Shown here in pieces: positions 20,631-31,016 of a stretch of 64,000 nt of DNA (position 1 is its first letter; each line of letters begins with the position of its first letter). The stretch covers positions 320,001-384,000 of the forward strand of contig CBDAOY010000005.1 of the NCBI GenBank assembly GCA_965198225.1, written 5' to 3'. The notes under the pieces are model-generated. The model was not told where the DNA came from. It did no database searches and saw only the letters and a list, made by a program, of their open reading frames with translations. A program made the position numbers and the translations under genes. The stretch comes from Terriglobia bacterium. Its GTDB lineage: Bacteria > Acidobacteriota > Terriglobia > 20CM-2-55-15.

Positions 20631-21188
20631 TCAGTTGTCCGAGAGCAGCGCACTCAGGTCGGTCAACAGCTTGTCGACCGGGATCAAACCACCCGTCACG
20701 TTCTTCCAGATCAAGGTTCCTTCCTCATCGATCAGGAAGTAGTAGCGGTTGGCAACCCGAACAGCGAGATTATCCCGGATTGCGCCATACATGGCGCTGA
20801 CCTTCAAATCCGGGTCACTCAGGAAGCGGTTCTTGGCCCCGACCTTGTTCTTGAACTCGTTCTGCGACGGGGCAAGATCTCTGGAAACTCCGACGATCTC
20901 GATGCCCATCTCCAGAAACTCGTCATATCTCTCACCGAACTCGGTGAACTCTCGCGTTCAGCCGCCGGTGAAGTCGGCCGGGTAGAACGCGAGCAGGACT
21001 TTACTGCGACCCGTGAAATCCTTGAGTCCAATCGTCTCCTGTCCGGCGATACCGGCTGGACTCTCGAAGTCGGGGGCCTTCTCTCCTACCGTCGGGGTGT
21101 TGTCGGCACCTGGTGCGGACAACTGGCTGAAGGCCATCGGGGCCATCACCAATGCCACGATCGGAAGGAGCACGGCAATCCTCTTCAT
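20631..21188 (-). CDS. selenocysteine-containing peroxiredoxin (AhpC/TSA, BCP-like), exported
   Basis: ORFs 20958-21188 and 20631-20909 share a frame; FYPADFTGG-TGA-TRE puts TGA at the peroxidatic Cys position; signal peptide; AGGAGG RBS. Confidence 0.88.
20932..20960 (-). promoter_or_regulatory. putative bacterial SECIS element
   Basis: UGA-acgcgagagu-UCACCG-AGUU-CGGUGA; apical loop starts 16 nt after UGA and contains GU. Confidence 0.7.
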
Positions 21189-21399
21189 CTCTGTCGTCCT
21201 CCTATTAAATCGGCGGCGAGGGGCTCGACGCCTCGTGGAAATGACCCGGCACTCAGTCTCTGGGACCTGCCGGACCCGGAATGAGAACCTGTAGATGATA
21301 TGCTAAGATTTCCGTCTTATGCAAGGTTTCGCACCAGCGAAGTCTTGAGTTGTCAATAATTAAGGCCGATTACGGGCCCGCCCCCCGGTTCTAGATCGA

Positions 21400-22620
21400 A
21401 TGTCACTCGCAAATGTCAAAAAGTTGGAGGCAGCCTACCTCCTGGGTATCTACAACCGCTACGAGGTCCTGATCGACCGAGGTAGCGGGCCGTACCTGTT
21501 CGATCGCAGCAACAAACGATACCTGGACCTGATGGCCGGTATCGGTGTCAACGCACTGGGGTATGGCGACCCGCGGATTCTCCGAGTCCTGCGAAAGCAG
21601 ATCAAGAAGCCTATTCACATCTCCAACCTGCTTTACCACGACTACCAGGGGCGGTTGGGGGAACGGCTCGTGCAGGTCTCCGGGCTGGACCGGGTGTTCT
21701 TTACGAACAGTGGCACGGAATCGGTCGAAGGATGCCTCAAGTTCGCCCGGGTCTACGCGAACCGGAAGGTCGAGCCCACGTCGGAACGCAGGTACCGGGT
21801 GCTTGCACTGGAGGGATCCTTTCATGGACGTTCGCTGGGTTCGCTCTCCGCGACCAATAAGCAGAAATACCGCGAACCCTTCGAACCGCTCGTGCCTGGT
21901 TTCGAGTTCGTCCGGTTCAACGATGTCGCGGACCTGGAATCGAAGTTCTCCGACGATGTCTGCGGGGTGATCATCGAAACGATGCAAGGCGAGGGTGGCG
22001 TCCGTCCCGTCTCCGAAGAGTACTACCGGCGGGCGCGAAGGCTTACCAGGGACTCAGGGTGTGTCCTCATTTGCGATGAAATCCAGTGCGGTCTGGGACG
22101 CACCGGGCGTTGGTTCGCCTTCCACAAATTCGCCGATCCGAACCGGAGGGAGGAACTTCCCGACCTGGTGTCTGTGGCCAAGCCGCTCGGGGTGGGCATC
22201 CCGCTGGGAGCCGTACTGATGAAGGAAGATCTCGCCCGGACGATTGAAGTCGGCACACACGGCACGACGTTTGGCGGCGGGCCGCTCGCATGTCGATTGA
22301 GCCTGGAACTGTTCAGGATCTTCGAGGAGGACAGCATCCTTGAACACGTCGTGGAGGTGGGCCGGCACTTCCGGCGCCGGCTCGAGGAGCTTACCGACCT
22401 GCCGATAGTCGAGGAGGTTCGTGGCGAGGGGCTGATGCTCGCCCTCGAACTGGGCGTCGCAGGCCAACCCGTCGTCAGAAAGCTGCTCGCGGAAGGCTTC
22501 ATCGTCAATTGCACCCGCGAGAGAGTACTTCGGATGCTGCCCCCGCTGATCATCACATCGAAGCAAGTGGATCGGTTCGTGAAAGTCCTGAGATCCCTGC
22601 TGGAGAACCACAATGCCTGA
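21400..22620 (+). CDS. argD: acetylornithine aminotransferase
   Basis: AGIGVNALG, NSGTES, SFHGRS, DEIQCGLGRTG, HGTTFGGGPL. Confidence 0.9.
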   Translation: MSLANVKKLEAAYLLGIYNRYEVLIDRGSGPYLFDRSNKRYLDLMAGIGVNALGYGDPRILRVLRKQIKKPIHISNLLYHDYQGRLGERLVQVSGLDRVFFTNSGTESVEGCLKFARVYANRKVEPTSERRYRVLALEGSFHGRSLGSLSATNKQKYREPFEPLVPGFEFVRFNDVADLESKFSDDVCGVIIETMQGEGGVRPVSEEYYRRARRLTRDSGCVLICDEIQCGLGRTGRWFAFHKFADPNRREELPDLVSVAKPLGVGIPLGAVLMKEDLARTIEVGTHGTTFGGGPLACRLSLELFRIFEEDSILEHVVEVGRHFRRRLEELTDLPIVEEVRGEGLMLALELGVAGQPVVRKLLAEGFIVNCTRERVLRMLPPLIITSKQVDRFVKVLRSLLENHNA

Positions 22621-23395
22621 CATCAAGGAACTCATTGCCAAGATCGAATCGTTCGTCCGACCGCCGACGTTCCCCATAGCCGTTCGAATGCTGTCGGATG
22701 GCGATGAGATACCCGAGCGGGCCAAACGTCCCCACCGCGACATGTCGGTCCAGATCACCACCTGTCAGGCTGTTACGATGGCGAGAAAGTATGGTTGGAC
22801 GGTCGCTATAACAACCGAGGACATCAACTGCCCACTGACCAAAGTGGCCTTCGGCCTGAAGGAGGAACCAGCGTACTTCACCGAGGGCCACTGCTGCGCC
22901 GGGATGTACACCCAGTCAGCGGAGGCAGGAGCCCGGACGGAGGCGGAAACCTATCACTTCCCTTACCACAGGTACGAAGGCATCCTCACGGCCCCCGCCG
23001 CCAAGGATGCCTTCGAGCCGCAGGTGATAATCCTCTACGGCAACCCGGCTCAGGTGATGCGACTGGTTACGGGAGCCCTCTGGAGAAACGGTGGGTCGAT
23101 CACGTCTGCGTTTACCGGAAGAATCGATTGCTCCGACGAGATCATCCGTCCGATCGAGACCGGGGAGTACCAGGTCATTCTCCCTTGTTACGGCGACCGT
23201 GTGTTCGGCCAGACCGAAGACCATGAGATGGCGTTCTCCCTGCCCGCGTCCAGGATCGACGAACTCGTCGAAGGACTCGATGGGACCCACAAAGGCGGAG
23301 TCCGTTACCCGATCCCCTCTTTCGTCCGCTACTCGGGCCAGTTCCCGGCGAGTTACAACAAGCTGGATGAAATCTGGGCAGCGGAAGATTCCTGA
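22613..23395 (+). CDS. DUF169 family protein
   Basis: TCQAVTMAR, INCP, YGNPAQVMRL, CSD, PCYGDR, HEM motifs. Confidence 0.8.
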   Translation: MPDIKELIAKIESFVRPPTFPIAVRMLSDGDEIPERAKRPHRDMSVQITTCQAVTMARKYGWTVAITTEDINCPLTKVAFGLKEEPAYFTEGHCCAGMYTQSAEAGARTEAETYHFPYHRYEGILTAPAAKDAFEPQVIILYGNPAQVMRLVTGALWRNGGSITSAFTGRIDCSDEIIRPIETGEYQVILPCYGDRVFGQTEDHEMAFSLPASRIDELVEGLDGTHKGGVRYPIPSFVRYSGQFPASYNKLDEIWAAEDS

Positions 23396-23427
23396 CTGAA
23401 GTCAGCTTCCGTCTTGAAACGTTTTTG

Positions 23428-23539
23428 TTTCAACACGAAGTCACGAAGGACACGAAGAAGAGGGATCTTTTTCATCACCTAGGATCCCCGGGGGAAAACC
23501 TTCGTGTTCCTTCGTTCCCTTCGTGACTTCGTGTTGAAA
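23428..23539. repeat. intergenic repeat family C (CACGAAG 9-mer arrays, inverted)
   Basis: tttcaacacgaagtcacgaaggacacgaag ... cttcgtgacttcgtgttgaaa; second copy at 37151-37234. Confidence 0.85.
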
Positions 23540-23558
23540 AGGTAATGTGGAAAATTGG

Positions 23559-24080
23559 ATGTCGAAAATACTGGAACAGTCAATTGAGTATGAAGGGCGG
23601 CGAATCACAGTCCGGCGGGACCGGATCATCGAACCGTCGGGCAAGGAAGGGATCCGTGACATCGTTCTGCATCCCGGTGCCGTCTCGATCATCGCGTGGT
23701 CGAAACCCGATGAGATCGTCTTGATACGGCAGTACCGCCATGCAACGGGTGAGGAGCTTCTCGAGCTTCCTGCAGGAACGTTGGAGGAAGGAGAAGATCC
23801 AGTCGATACTGCTCGGCGCGAATTGGAGGAAGAAACCGGCTATCGCGCCGGCCGGATCAAGCACCGTTCCACCTACTACACCACTCCCGGATTCAGCAAC
23901 GAGCTCATGCATCTCTATGAAGCCTCCGATCTGGAAGCAAGAAAACAGCGGCTCGAAGACGACGAAGCCATCGAAGTCGTCCCGACACCCTGGGAGGACG
24001 CCCTGCGGATGGTGCACGACGGCAGGATTCGCGACGCGAAAACGCTGGTCGGCCTCTTGATGGTTAGTGCTGCAGTATGA
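23559..24080 (+). CDS. NUDIX hydrolase (ADP-ribose pyrophosphatase-like)
   Basis: ELPAGTLEEGEDPVDTARRELEEETG Nudix box; DAKT. Confidence 0.92.
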   Translation: MSKILEQSIEYEGRRITVRRDRIIEPSGKEGIRDIVLHPGAVSIIAWSKPDEIVLIRQYRHATGEELLELPAGTLEEGEDPVDTARRELEEETGYRAGRIKHRSTYYTTPGFSNELMHLYEASDLEARKQRLEDDEAIEVVPTPWEDALRMVHDGRIRDAKTLVGLLMVSAAV

Positions 24081-25297
24081 GGACGACCCTCCTGAAGTTG
24101 CAGTCTCTCGAGGCGTGGCGCAAGAACCAGATCGCGGTCACGGTGTCGGGGTCGTTCGTCTTTTTCGGCTTCACACTGGTCATGCCGTTTCTGCCGCTGT
24201 ATGTCCGACAGCTCGGAGTCGAAGGCACCGGCGCAATCGCGCTCTGGACGGGTCTGATTCTGAGCATCAGCCCCGCGATGGCTGCCGTGACGGGACCGAT
24301 CTGGGGGCGCATAGGGGATCGGATCGGCCTGAAGCCGATGGCCCTCCGGGCTACCGGGGTGAACTGCCTCTGCTGGTTGGGGATGGCGTTTGCCGGCAAC
24401 GTCTGGGAACTGTTTTTGCTGCGAGCCGCGCTGGGTCTGCTCGGAGGGTTCAACAGCGTCTCCGTAGCGGCCGTCACCCAGTTGTCACCCAAGGAAAAGA
24501 TCGGCAGCGTCATCGGCACCCTGCAGTCGTCGCAGATCTTCGCCGCGGCGATCGGACCACTGGTCGGCGGCGTCCTGGCGGGCTCGATCGGCATCACGAA
24601 CACGTTCTTCGCGACCGCGATTCTGATGTTCGGATCGTTTCTCAGCATCATGCTGTTCTATCAGGATGCCGAACGAAGACCGGAGACAGCGGACGAACCC
24701 GGGCAGCGGGTCGACCGAAGCTTCCTAAAACACCCCGAGTATGTTCTTCCTCTGTTTCTCCTGTTCTTCATCCACATGAGCTTCCGCACGTTCAATCCGA
24801 TCGTTCCCCTGTTTCTCGAGGAACTGGGAACCGCGGCCACGCGCCTCGCAGCAATATCTGGGGCGTTGATCTCCATGGCGGCTTTCGGTGAAGCCTTCTC
24901 GGCCTGGATTTCGGGAAAACTGGCGGACAGGGTGGAACTCCGGAAGCTGATGGCGATTCGGCTGGCACTCGGGCTTCTGGTACTGGTTCCCATGGTCGGT
25001 GTCCAGAGTCCCGGGGGCTTTTTCGTGCTACGGGTGGCGCTGACTCTGCTGTCGGGGGGTACGATGACACTGGCCTTCAGCGCCGCCGGTCGGGTGATTC
25101 CAGGCGAACATCGGGGTACGGGCTTCAGCGTCCTTTCGAGCACTTCGCTGTTCGGCGGAGCGGCGGGGCCGATCATCGCCGGCGCTCTTGCCGGTTTCAG
25201 CATCCGCACGGTGTTCGTCTTCAACATCGTCATCTACACGGCCCTGATGCTGGCCGTCACTCGCGTCGGGCGGAGGTCGAGTGTAGATCAAACGTGA
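24077..25297 (+). CDS. MFS transporter (DHA1-like)
   Basis: About 12 hydrophobic segments; WGRIGDRIGLK motif A. Confidence 0.9.
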   Translation: MRTTLLKLQSLEAWRKNQIAVTVSGSFVFFGFTLVMPFLPLYVRQLGVEGTGAIALWTGLILSISPAMAAVTGPIWGRIGDRIGLKPMALRATGVNCLCWLGMAFAGNVWELFLLRAALGLLGGFNSVSVAAVTQLSPKEKIGSVIGTLQSSQIFAAAIGPLVGGVLAGSIGITNTFFATAILMFGSFLSIMLFYQDAERRPETADEPGQRVDRSFLKHPEYVLPLFLLFFIHMSFRTFNPIVPLFLEELGTAATRLAAISGALISMAAFGEAFSAWISGKLADRVELRKLMAIRLALGLLVLVPMVGVQSPGGFFVLRVALTLLSGGTMTLAFSAAGRVIPGEHRGTGFSVLSSTSLFGGAAGPIIAGALAGFSIRTVFVFNIVIYTALMLAVTRVGRRSSVDQT

Positions 25298-25312
25298 TAA
25301 CATTTCGAATCT

Positions 25313-26341
25313 ATGCTGATCGTGATGGATGCGCATGCGGGCCCGGAACAGACCGAGGCAGTGTGCAAGAAGATCGAAGAGCTGGGGTTCAAGGCCCATC
25401 CCATGCCGGGAGCCAACCGAACGGCAATCGGAGTCACCGGCAACAGCGAGCCGATCGTGCCCGACCCGTTCGAGAACATGCCTGGGGTCGTGGAGCTGAT
25501 ACCGGTCACCCACCCCTACAAGCTGGTCAGTCGGGAGTTCCGCGGGGATGACACTCTGGTTCAGGTCGGAGAAGTGACGGTCGGCGGTAGCGATCTGGTC
25601 GTCATCGCGGGACCGTGCGCTGTGGAGAACGAGGAGCGAACGATCCGTATCGCCGAGAAAGTGCGGGCGGCTGGAGCTCACATGCTTCGTGGGGGTGCTT
25701 TTAAACCGCGAACCTCGCCATACAGCTTTCAGGGGCTTGGACTAGAGGGGCTGAAGATGCTCGCCAAGGCCCGAGAACAAACGGGTCTGCCAATCGTGAC
25801 CGAGGCGGTCGATGGCGAAAGCCTCGATCTGGTCGAGGAGTACGCCGATGTCATCCAGATCGGCGCGCGCAACATGCAGAATTTCTCGCTCTTGAAGAGG
25901 GCCGGAAAGGCGTCGAAACCGGTATTTTTGAAACGCGGTATGAGCGCGACACTCGATGACTTCATGCTGGCTGCCGAATACGTCATGTCGGAGGGAAACT
26001 ACCAGGTCATCCTCTGTGAACGCGGCGTCCGGACTTTCGCCGATCACACACGAAACACGCTGGATCTTTCGATCATCCCGGCGGTCAAGCGGATCTCACA
26101 CCTGCCAATCCTCACCGACCCGAGCCACGGTACGGGCAAGCGCCACAAGGTGGGTCCGATGAGCCGGGCTTCAGTCGCCGCCGGCGCTGACGGACTGATC
26201 ATCGAGGTCCATGACGAACCCGATAAGGCCCTCTCGGACGGCCCGCAGGCACTCCTTCCGGATCATTTCGCACTCCTGATGGATGAGCTGAGGCTGCTGG
26301 CGCCGGTGGTCCGGCGTGGAATCCCTCTGGTTGCGGTGTAG
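25313..26341 (+). CDS. aroF: DAHP synthase, class I-beta
   Basis: [31 protein letters not shown]. Confidence 0.95.
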   Translation: MLIVMDAHAGPEQTEAVCKKIEELGFKAHPMPGANRTAIGVTGNSEPIVPDPFENMPGVVELIPVTHPYKLVSREFRGDDTLVQVGEVTVGGSDLVVIAGPCAVENEERTIRIAEKVRAAGAHMLRGGAFKPRTSPYSFQGLGLEGLKMLAKAREQTGLPIVTEAVDGESLDLVEEYADVIQIGARNMQNFSLLKRAGKASKPVFLKRGMSATLDDFMLAAEYVMSEGNYQVILCERGVRTFADHTRNTLDLSIIPAVKRISHLPILTDPSHGTGKRHKVGPMSRASVAAGADGLIIEVHDEPDKALSDGPQALLPDHFALLMDELRLLAPVVRRGIPLVAV

Positions 26342-26405
26342 GTGCGCTCTATGAGCGCACAGTCCTCGAACCGCCACAACGTGCGCTCATAGAGCGCACC
26401 TACAC
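26336..26405. repeat. GTAG-type REP doublet (family D)
   Basis: GTAGGTGCGCTCTATGAGCGCAC ... GTGCGCTCATAGAGCGCACCTAC; contains the stops of both convergent genes. Confidence 0.9.
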
Positions 26406-27566
26406 GGCGATCCATTCTTGCGGCGAATTGGTCAATCGCTCGCAGCCGGTTTCTGTGATCACGTAGGTGTTCTCGACTCCCGCCCCACCCAGTCCTGGGT
26501 AGAAAACCTTCGGCTCGACCGCAAGGACGACACCGGGTTCCAGCGGGTCGTCGAACCGTTTAGCGATCACCGGAAGCTCGTCCAACTCCAGGCCGACGCC
26601 GTGTGCGACGAAGCCAACCCGGTTTTCCCCGGCCCCCATGAAATGCTCCCCGAAACCGGCGTTCGCCACTCGTTCCTGGGTCTTCGAGTAGATTTCGCTC
26701 GGGATCTCTCCCGGCTTGAGCTGCTCTTCGAGCCAGCCGTTCAAATCCAGGATGAAAGAATGCGTCTCCTGAACACGGAGGGACGGAGGTCCGAGCGAAT
26801 AGGCCCGGGATCCGTCTGCAAGATACCCTCCATGACCGCCGACGACATCGACCATGACGGGCTCGCCGCGCACGAGTTCCTTGTGTCCTCCCATGGCGGG
26901 AACCGCGGGATAGAGTCCCCGAACTCCGACGGGGCCGTCGAAGCTGTGAGGGTAAGCAGCGGTATCACCGAATGCGACCGCACCGTAGAACATTTCGAGA
27001 TTGAACCGCCGCATCCGCGCAAGCCCCTGATGGCCGGACATTCGCATGACATACTCGATCCGGGCGCTCAACTCGAACTCGCAGAGTCCATCCCGAAGCT
27101 GGTTTGGAATATCGACGAACGCTTCATCCAGCATGGCGGCAGCCCGGCGAATGTGTTCGATCTCGAAGTCGGTCTTCACGGCACGCGCGCGCCGGAGGGC
27201 CATCGACGAATCCACGACCCTGCAGTCAGGAAACACTTTCGTGATCTGCCGGTGTAACGCGACGGGCACAATGTCGAGTTCCAGCCCTACGACTTCCCCC
27301 ACGTCCGGGATCAGGGAAGCCAGTTCTCCGTAGCGACGGAACTGTACGATATTCTCGAGCGCGGATTCGGTAAGTGCCCGCTGGTGGCTCTTCCGCACGG
27401 CAAACACCGGCTCGCCTTCTCGGGGGAACCAGAGAACTCCGTTCTGTATCGTTCCAGTCAGATAGAACTGGTCGACGTTCTGGAGAACGATCAACGAATC
27501 GCAGTCCATGAAGCCCCGGACCCGCGTCCAACGCCGCTCGAGCTCTTCCCTGGGAACATAATCCAT
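26400..27566 (-). CDS. Xaa-Pro peptidase family (M24)
   Basis: RAVKTDFEI, GYLADGSR, AHGVGLELDE, AVEPK, GVENTY. Confidence 0.9.
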   Translation of the reverse strand: MDYVPREELERRWTRVRGFMDCDSLIVLQNVDQFYLTGTIQNGVLWFPREGEPVFAVRKSHQRALTESALENIVQFRRYGELASLIPDVGEVVGLELDIVPVALHRQITKVFPDCRVVDSSMALRRARAVKTDFEIEHIRRAAAMLDEAFVDIPNQLRDGLCEFELSARIEYVMRMSGHQGLARMRRFNLEMFYGAVAFGDTAAYPHSFDGPVGVRGLYPAVPAMGGHKELVRGEPVMVDVVGGHGGYLADGSRAYSLGPPSLRVQETHSFILDLNGWLEEQLKPGEIPSEIYSKTQERVANAGFGEHFMGAGENRVGFVAHGVGLELDELPVIAKRFDDPLEPGVVLAVEPKVFYPGLGGAGVENTYVITETGCERLTNSPQEWIAV

Positions 27567-27616
27567 GTCTGAACCTCCGCGACGCATTATAAGCGAACGG
27601 TTCGGGGTTCGGGGTT

Positions 27617-27790
27617 TTCCACGGATTGCACGGAAACCACGGATTGCGCGGAGGGTTCTTTCAGCCACGGATTACACGGATTTAACGGATTAGGAATGGT
27701 CTTTCGGAGAGCAGACCACAGGTCTTTTCCTATCCGTGCAATCCGTGTAATCCGTGGCTTGCTTCTTCCTCTCGGTGTAATCCGTGTTAA
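27617..27790. repeat. family B repeat (reverse orientation)
   Basis: ccacggattacacggatttaacggattaggaatggtctttcggagagcagacca...atccgtgtaatccgtggc. Confidence 0.85.
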
Positions 27791-27814
27791 AGGACCCTCA
27801 CGAAAGCTGATATG

Positions 27815-27966
27815 ATCATCCCGAACTTCGGATGAGGGAAAGCGGTGAGATTCCGCTGCTGCCCCGCAACTGTAAGACGACTCTTCCCTGCTACAGCCAC
27901 TGCCAGCTACGCTGGCGGGAAGGCGCCCGCGAAACCGCTGTCGTCAAGCCAGGACACCTCCCGGAG
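27815..27966 (+). promoter_or_regulatory. cobalamin riboswitch
   Basis: AGGGAA-GCGGTGAGATTCCGC-GCTGCCCCGCAACTGTA ... GCCACTG ... GGGAAGGC ... AAGCCAGGACACCT, directly upstream of a TonB-dependent receptor. Confidence 0.93.
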
Positions 27967-27993
27967 GAGATTACCTTTCGAGGGAGAGGGACC

Positions 27994-30141
27994 ATGTCCA
28001 AGTCTGGCCGTTTACGGCTTTGCCGTACCTTCAGTTTTCTGATCGCCATATCTTTTCTGACTTTGTGCACCGATGCATCCGCACTGGACTCTGTCGCGGG
28101 ATGCGTCGAGGACTCGACCAGCGCCCCGATCGCCGGGGCTCGCGTCCTCGTCCGGCATCTCGGGAGAGGGGATCTCGTCCAAACGCGATCCGATGAATCC
28201 GGTTGCTTCGCTGTCGAGGACTTCCCTCCGGGAAGCGCAAGCGTGAGCGTCCTGGCCGAAGCGTTCGAGGCCTACGAGAGCAGAGTCGAGCTAGACGGAC
28301 CCAAACGCATGCCGACGATCATCCTCAGACTGCAGCCGATCCGCAACTCCGTCACCGTCACGGCTCGCCGCACCGTAGCTCCGACTGCAAGCCTGGGTTC
28401 GAGCATAGATCTCGTGGACCGAACCGATCTCGAGGCATCGCAGACCCGGCACGTATCCGATGCATTGAGGACCATGGCCGGTATCGCCCTCCAGCAGACT
28501 GGCGCGAGCGGAATCACGAATTTCTTCGTCCGCGGCGGTGAATCCGACTACAACAAGGTGCTGATCGACGGAGTACCCGTCAACCTTCCGGGCGACACCT
28601 ACGATTTCGCTCACATTCCGGCTGACAACGTGGACCGCGTGGAGGTTGTCCGCGGACCACAGAGCGCACTGTTCGGGTCTGACGCAATGTCGAGCGTCGT
28701 CCAGATCTTCACCCGGGGGGGACCGGCATCTCCGGAGGTTGGCTACACGGTCGAGGGCGGCAGTTTCGGCACATTGCGTCAGGCGGCGTCCCTACGCGGT
28801 AGCTTCCGGGGCCTGGATTTCTCCAACACTTTCAGCCGCTCTGACACCGACAACGTAGCCGAGAACGACGACTACCGTAATGCCGGCTACTTCGGCAACT
28901 TCGGATACACGCCGGAACCGAATCAAACTCTCCGCGTCACACTGATGAACACTTCGGTTCGTGCCGGGACGCCGGGGCCGACTGCCGAAGGGTTCTTTTC
29001 TTTCGATCCAACCGCGTGGATGCGGCGCCGGGAAAGAGCCGGCGGGCTGAGCTATGACGCGCTGGTGGGAGCCCGCCTCACTCAGCACGTCGCCTATCGT
29101 ATACACGACCTGGATCAGACGTTTTTCGGGGCATTCGGTCCGTTCGAGGTCGCGAGCACACGACACCGGGTCGAGTATCGTGGCGACGTGCTGCTCTCGC
29201 GAAGCGGTACGCTTTCCTACGGTGTGGATTTCGATCGCGAACGCGGACTCGTCAGCGGCGATCCGCAGAGCCGGGACAACTTCGGCTACTACGTTCAGCA
29301 ACAGTTGGAGCCTGTCCGCGGTCTCCACCTCACGGCTGGCCTGCGTATCGAGGACAACGATTCCTTCGGAACAGTCGCAAGCCCGAGACTCGGTGTTTCC
29401 TACGGGGTTTGGGCGCCCGATGGCTTTTTCGGACCGGCCCGACTGCGTTTCGCGCTCGGTCGGGGCATCAAGGAGCCGCGTTTTCTGGAGAGCTTCAGCC
29501 GGAACCCCTTCTTTCTCGGGAACCCGGACCTCGAAGCGGAACGCTCCCGCAGTTGGGAGATCGGCTGGGAGCAGGGACTGGCGGGCGAGCATATCGTGGC
29601 CGACATCACATGGTTCGACAACACCTTCCTCAACCTGATTCAACTGGTAGGGACCGAGGACGGTTCAAGCCAGTACCAGAACATCGGATTGACCACCACG
29701 CAGGGTCTCGAGATTCGGACCCGGTTTCGAACCGGGGCAGTGCGTGCCAGCGCGAACTACACCTATCTCGAAGGCCGGATCGAAGAGTCTTCCTCCGCGT
29801 CTTTCCCGTTCAGGACGGGTGATCCCCTATTGCGCCGCCCGAAACACTCCGGCGACTTTCAGGTGTCCTGGCGTGGCAATCGCTGGACGGCGGCGTGGAA
29901 TTCTCGTTTCGTCGGGCGTCGCGCCGACAGCGACTTCTTCAGCCACTTCCCCCCGCTGACGAGCAACGAATACTACACCGCCTCCGACGTGGCCGTTACT
30001 CTGGAGCTGACACCCCAGCTGTCCACCTTTGTCCGAATCGACAACATCTTCGATCGGACATACCAGGAAGTTCTGGGTTTTGAGGCTCTTGGGCGCGGAA
30101 TAGCCGTCGGCAGTCGGATCCGCTGGGGTGGAGAACGTTGA
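27994..30141 (+). CDS. btuB: TonB-dependent receptor, probable vitamin B12 transporter
   Basis: Plug motifs VLIDGVPVN and VEVVRGPQSALFGSDA; GNPDLEAERS; downstream of the B12 riboswitch. Confidence 0.88.
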   Translation: MSKSGRLRLCRTFSFLIAISFLTLCTDASALDSVAGCVEDSTSAPIAGARVLVRHLGRGDLVQTRSDESGCFAVEDFPPGSASVSVLAEAFEAYESRVELDGPKRMPTIILRLQPIRNSVTVTARRTVAPTASLGSSIDLVDRTDLEASQTRHVSDALRTMAGIALQQTGASGITNFFVRGGESDYNKVLIDGVPVNLPGDTYDFAHIPADNVDRVEVVRGPQSALFGSDAMSSVVQIFTRGGPASPEVGYTVEGGSFGTLRQAASLRGSFRGLDFSNTFSRSDTDNVAENDDYRNAGYFGNFGYTPEPNQTLRVTLMNTSVRAGTPGPTAEGFFSFDPTAWMRRRERAGGLSYDALVGARLTQHVAYRIHDLDQTFFGAFGPFEVASTRHRVEYRGDVLLSRSGTLSYGVDFDRERGLVSGDPQSRDNFGYYVQQQLEPVRGLHLTAGLRIEDNDSFGTVASPRLGVSYGVWAPDGFFGPARLRFALGRGIKEPRFLESFSRNPFFLGNPDLEAERSRSWEIGWEQGLAGEHIVADITWFDNTFLNLIQLVGTEDGSSQYQNIGLTTTQGLEIRTRFRTGAVRASANYTYLEGRIEESSSASFPFRTGDPLLRRPKHSGDFQVSWRGNRWTAAWNSRFVGRRADSDFFSHFPPLTSNEYYTASDVAVTLELTPQLSTFVRIDNIFDRTYQEVLGFEALGRGIAVGSRIRWGGER

Positions 30142-31016
30142 ACCACATCGGACGATTCGCGGGTACGCTGATGTACGTCCTCCTGCTGCTGTCGTGCTCG
30201 GGATCCCAGACCGTGGAAATCCCCGGGCCAGAGGCTCCGGAGCGAATCGTCTCGCTCGTTCCCGCCGTGACGGAAATGCTGTTTGCACTCGGGGCCGGTG
30301 AGCGGGTCGTCGGCGTCAGCGACTACGACTCTTATCCACCAGAAGTCCTGGATTTGCCGAAGGTCGGGGCACTCATCAACCCGAACCTGGAGAAGATCTT
30401 CGAATTGCAACCGGAAATGGTGATCACCTACGGAACCCAGGCCAACCTGCGAGAGCGGCTCGACGCCGCCGGAATCCGCTCACGCTCTTTCCTGCATGGC
30501 CCGATCGACGAAATGCTGGATTACGTGCTCGAACTGAGCCATGAACTCCGGATGCAGATCGAGGGGCGCCGCCTGGTCGACGAAATCCGCGGCGAACTGG
30601 ACGCAATCCGAGGTGGCGCGTCCGGGTATCGACCCCGTGTCCTGCTGGCCCACAGCCGGGAAGTGGGCACGATGGGGTCGTTCTACAGCGGAGGCGGCGA
30701 ATCGTTCTTCAACGAGCTGATCGAGATCGGCGGGGGTGTCAACATCTTTGGTGATGTCGAGGACGACTCGATCCAGCCATCACTGGAAGAGGTTCTCAAA
30801 CGCCGCCCCGAGATCATCATCGAGCTGCTGCCGTCCAACAGGGATGACCCCGATCAGATCGCCCAGCGAATCCAGGATTGGGGGCAGCTCGAAACCCTGC
30901 CCGCAGTTCAACAGGAACGTGTCCACGTCCTCGCGGGGGACTACCTTCTCCTGATCGGCCCCCGGCTCCACCTTGCCGCCCGACGATTCGCTGAAGTGAT
31001 CAGGGAAGAAGAATAA
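30138..31016 (+). CDS. btuF: cobalamin-binding periplasmic lipoprotein
   Basis: Lipobox LLSC, RIVSLVPAVTEMLFALG, PNLEKI. Confidence 0.85.
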   Translation: MNHIGRFAGTLMYVLLLLSCSGSQTVEIPGPEAPERIVSLVPAVTEMLFALGAGERVVGVSDYDSYPPEVLDLPKVGALINPNLEKIFELQPEMVITYGTQANLRERLDAAGIRSRSFLHGPIDEMLDYVLELSHELRMQIEGRRLVDEIRGELDAIRGGASGYRPRVLLAHSREVGTMGSFYSGGGESFFNELIEIGGGVNIFGDVEDDSIQPSLEEVLKRRPEIIIELLPSNRDDPDQIAQRIQDWGQLETLPAVQQERVHVLAGDYLLLIGPRLHLAARRFAEVIREEE

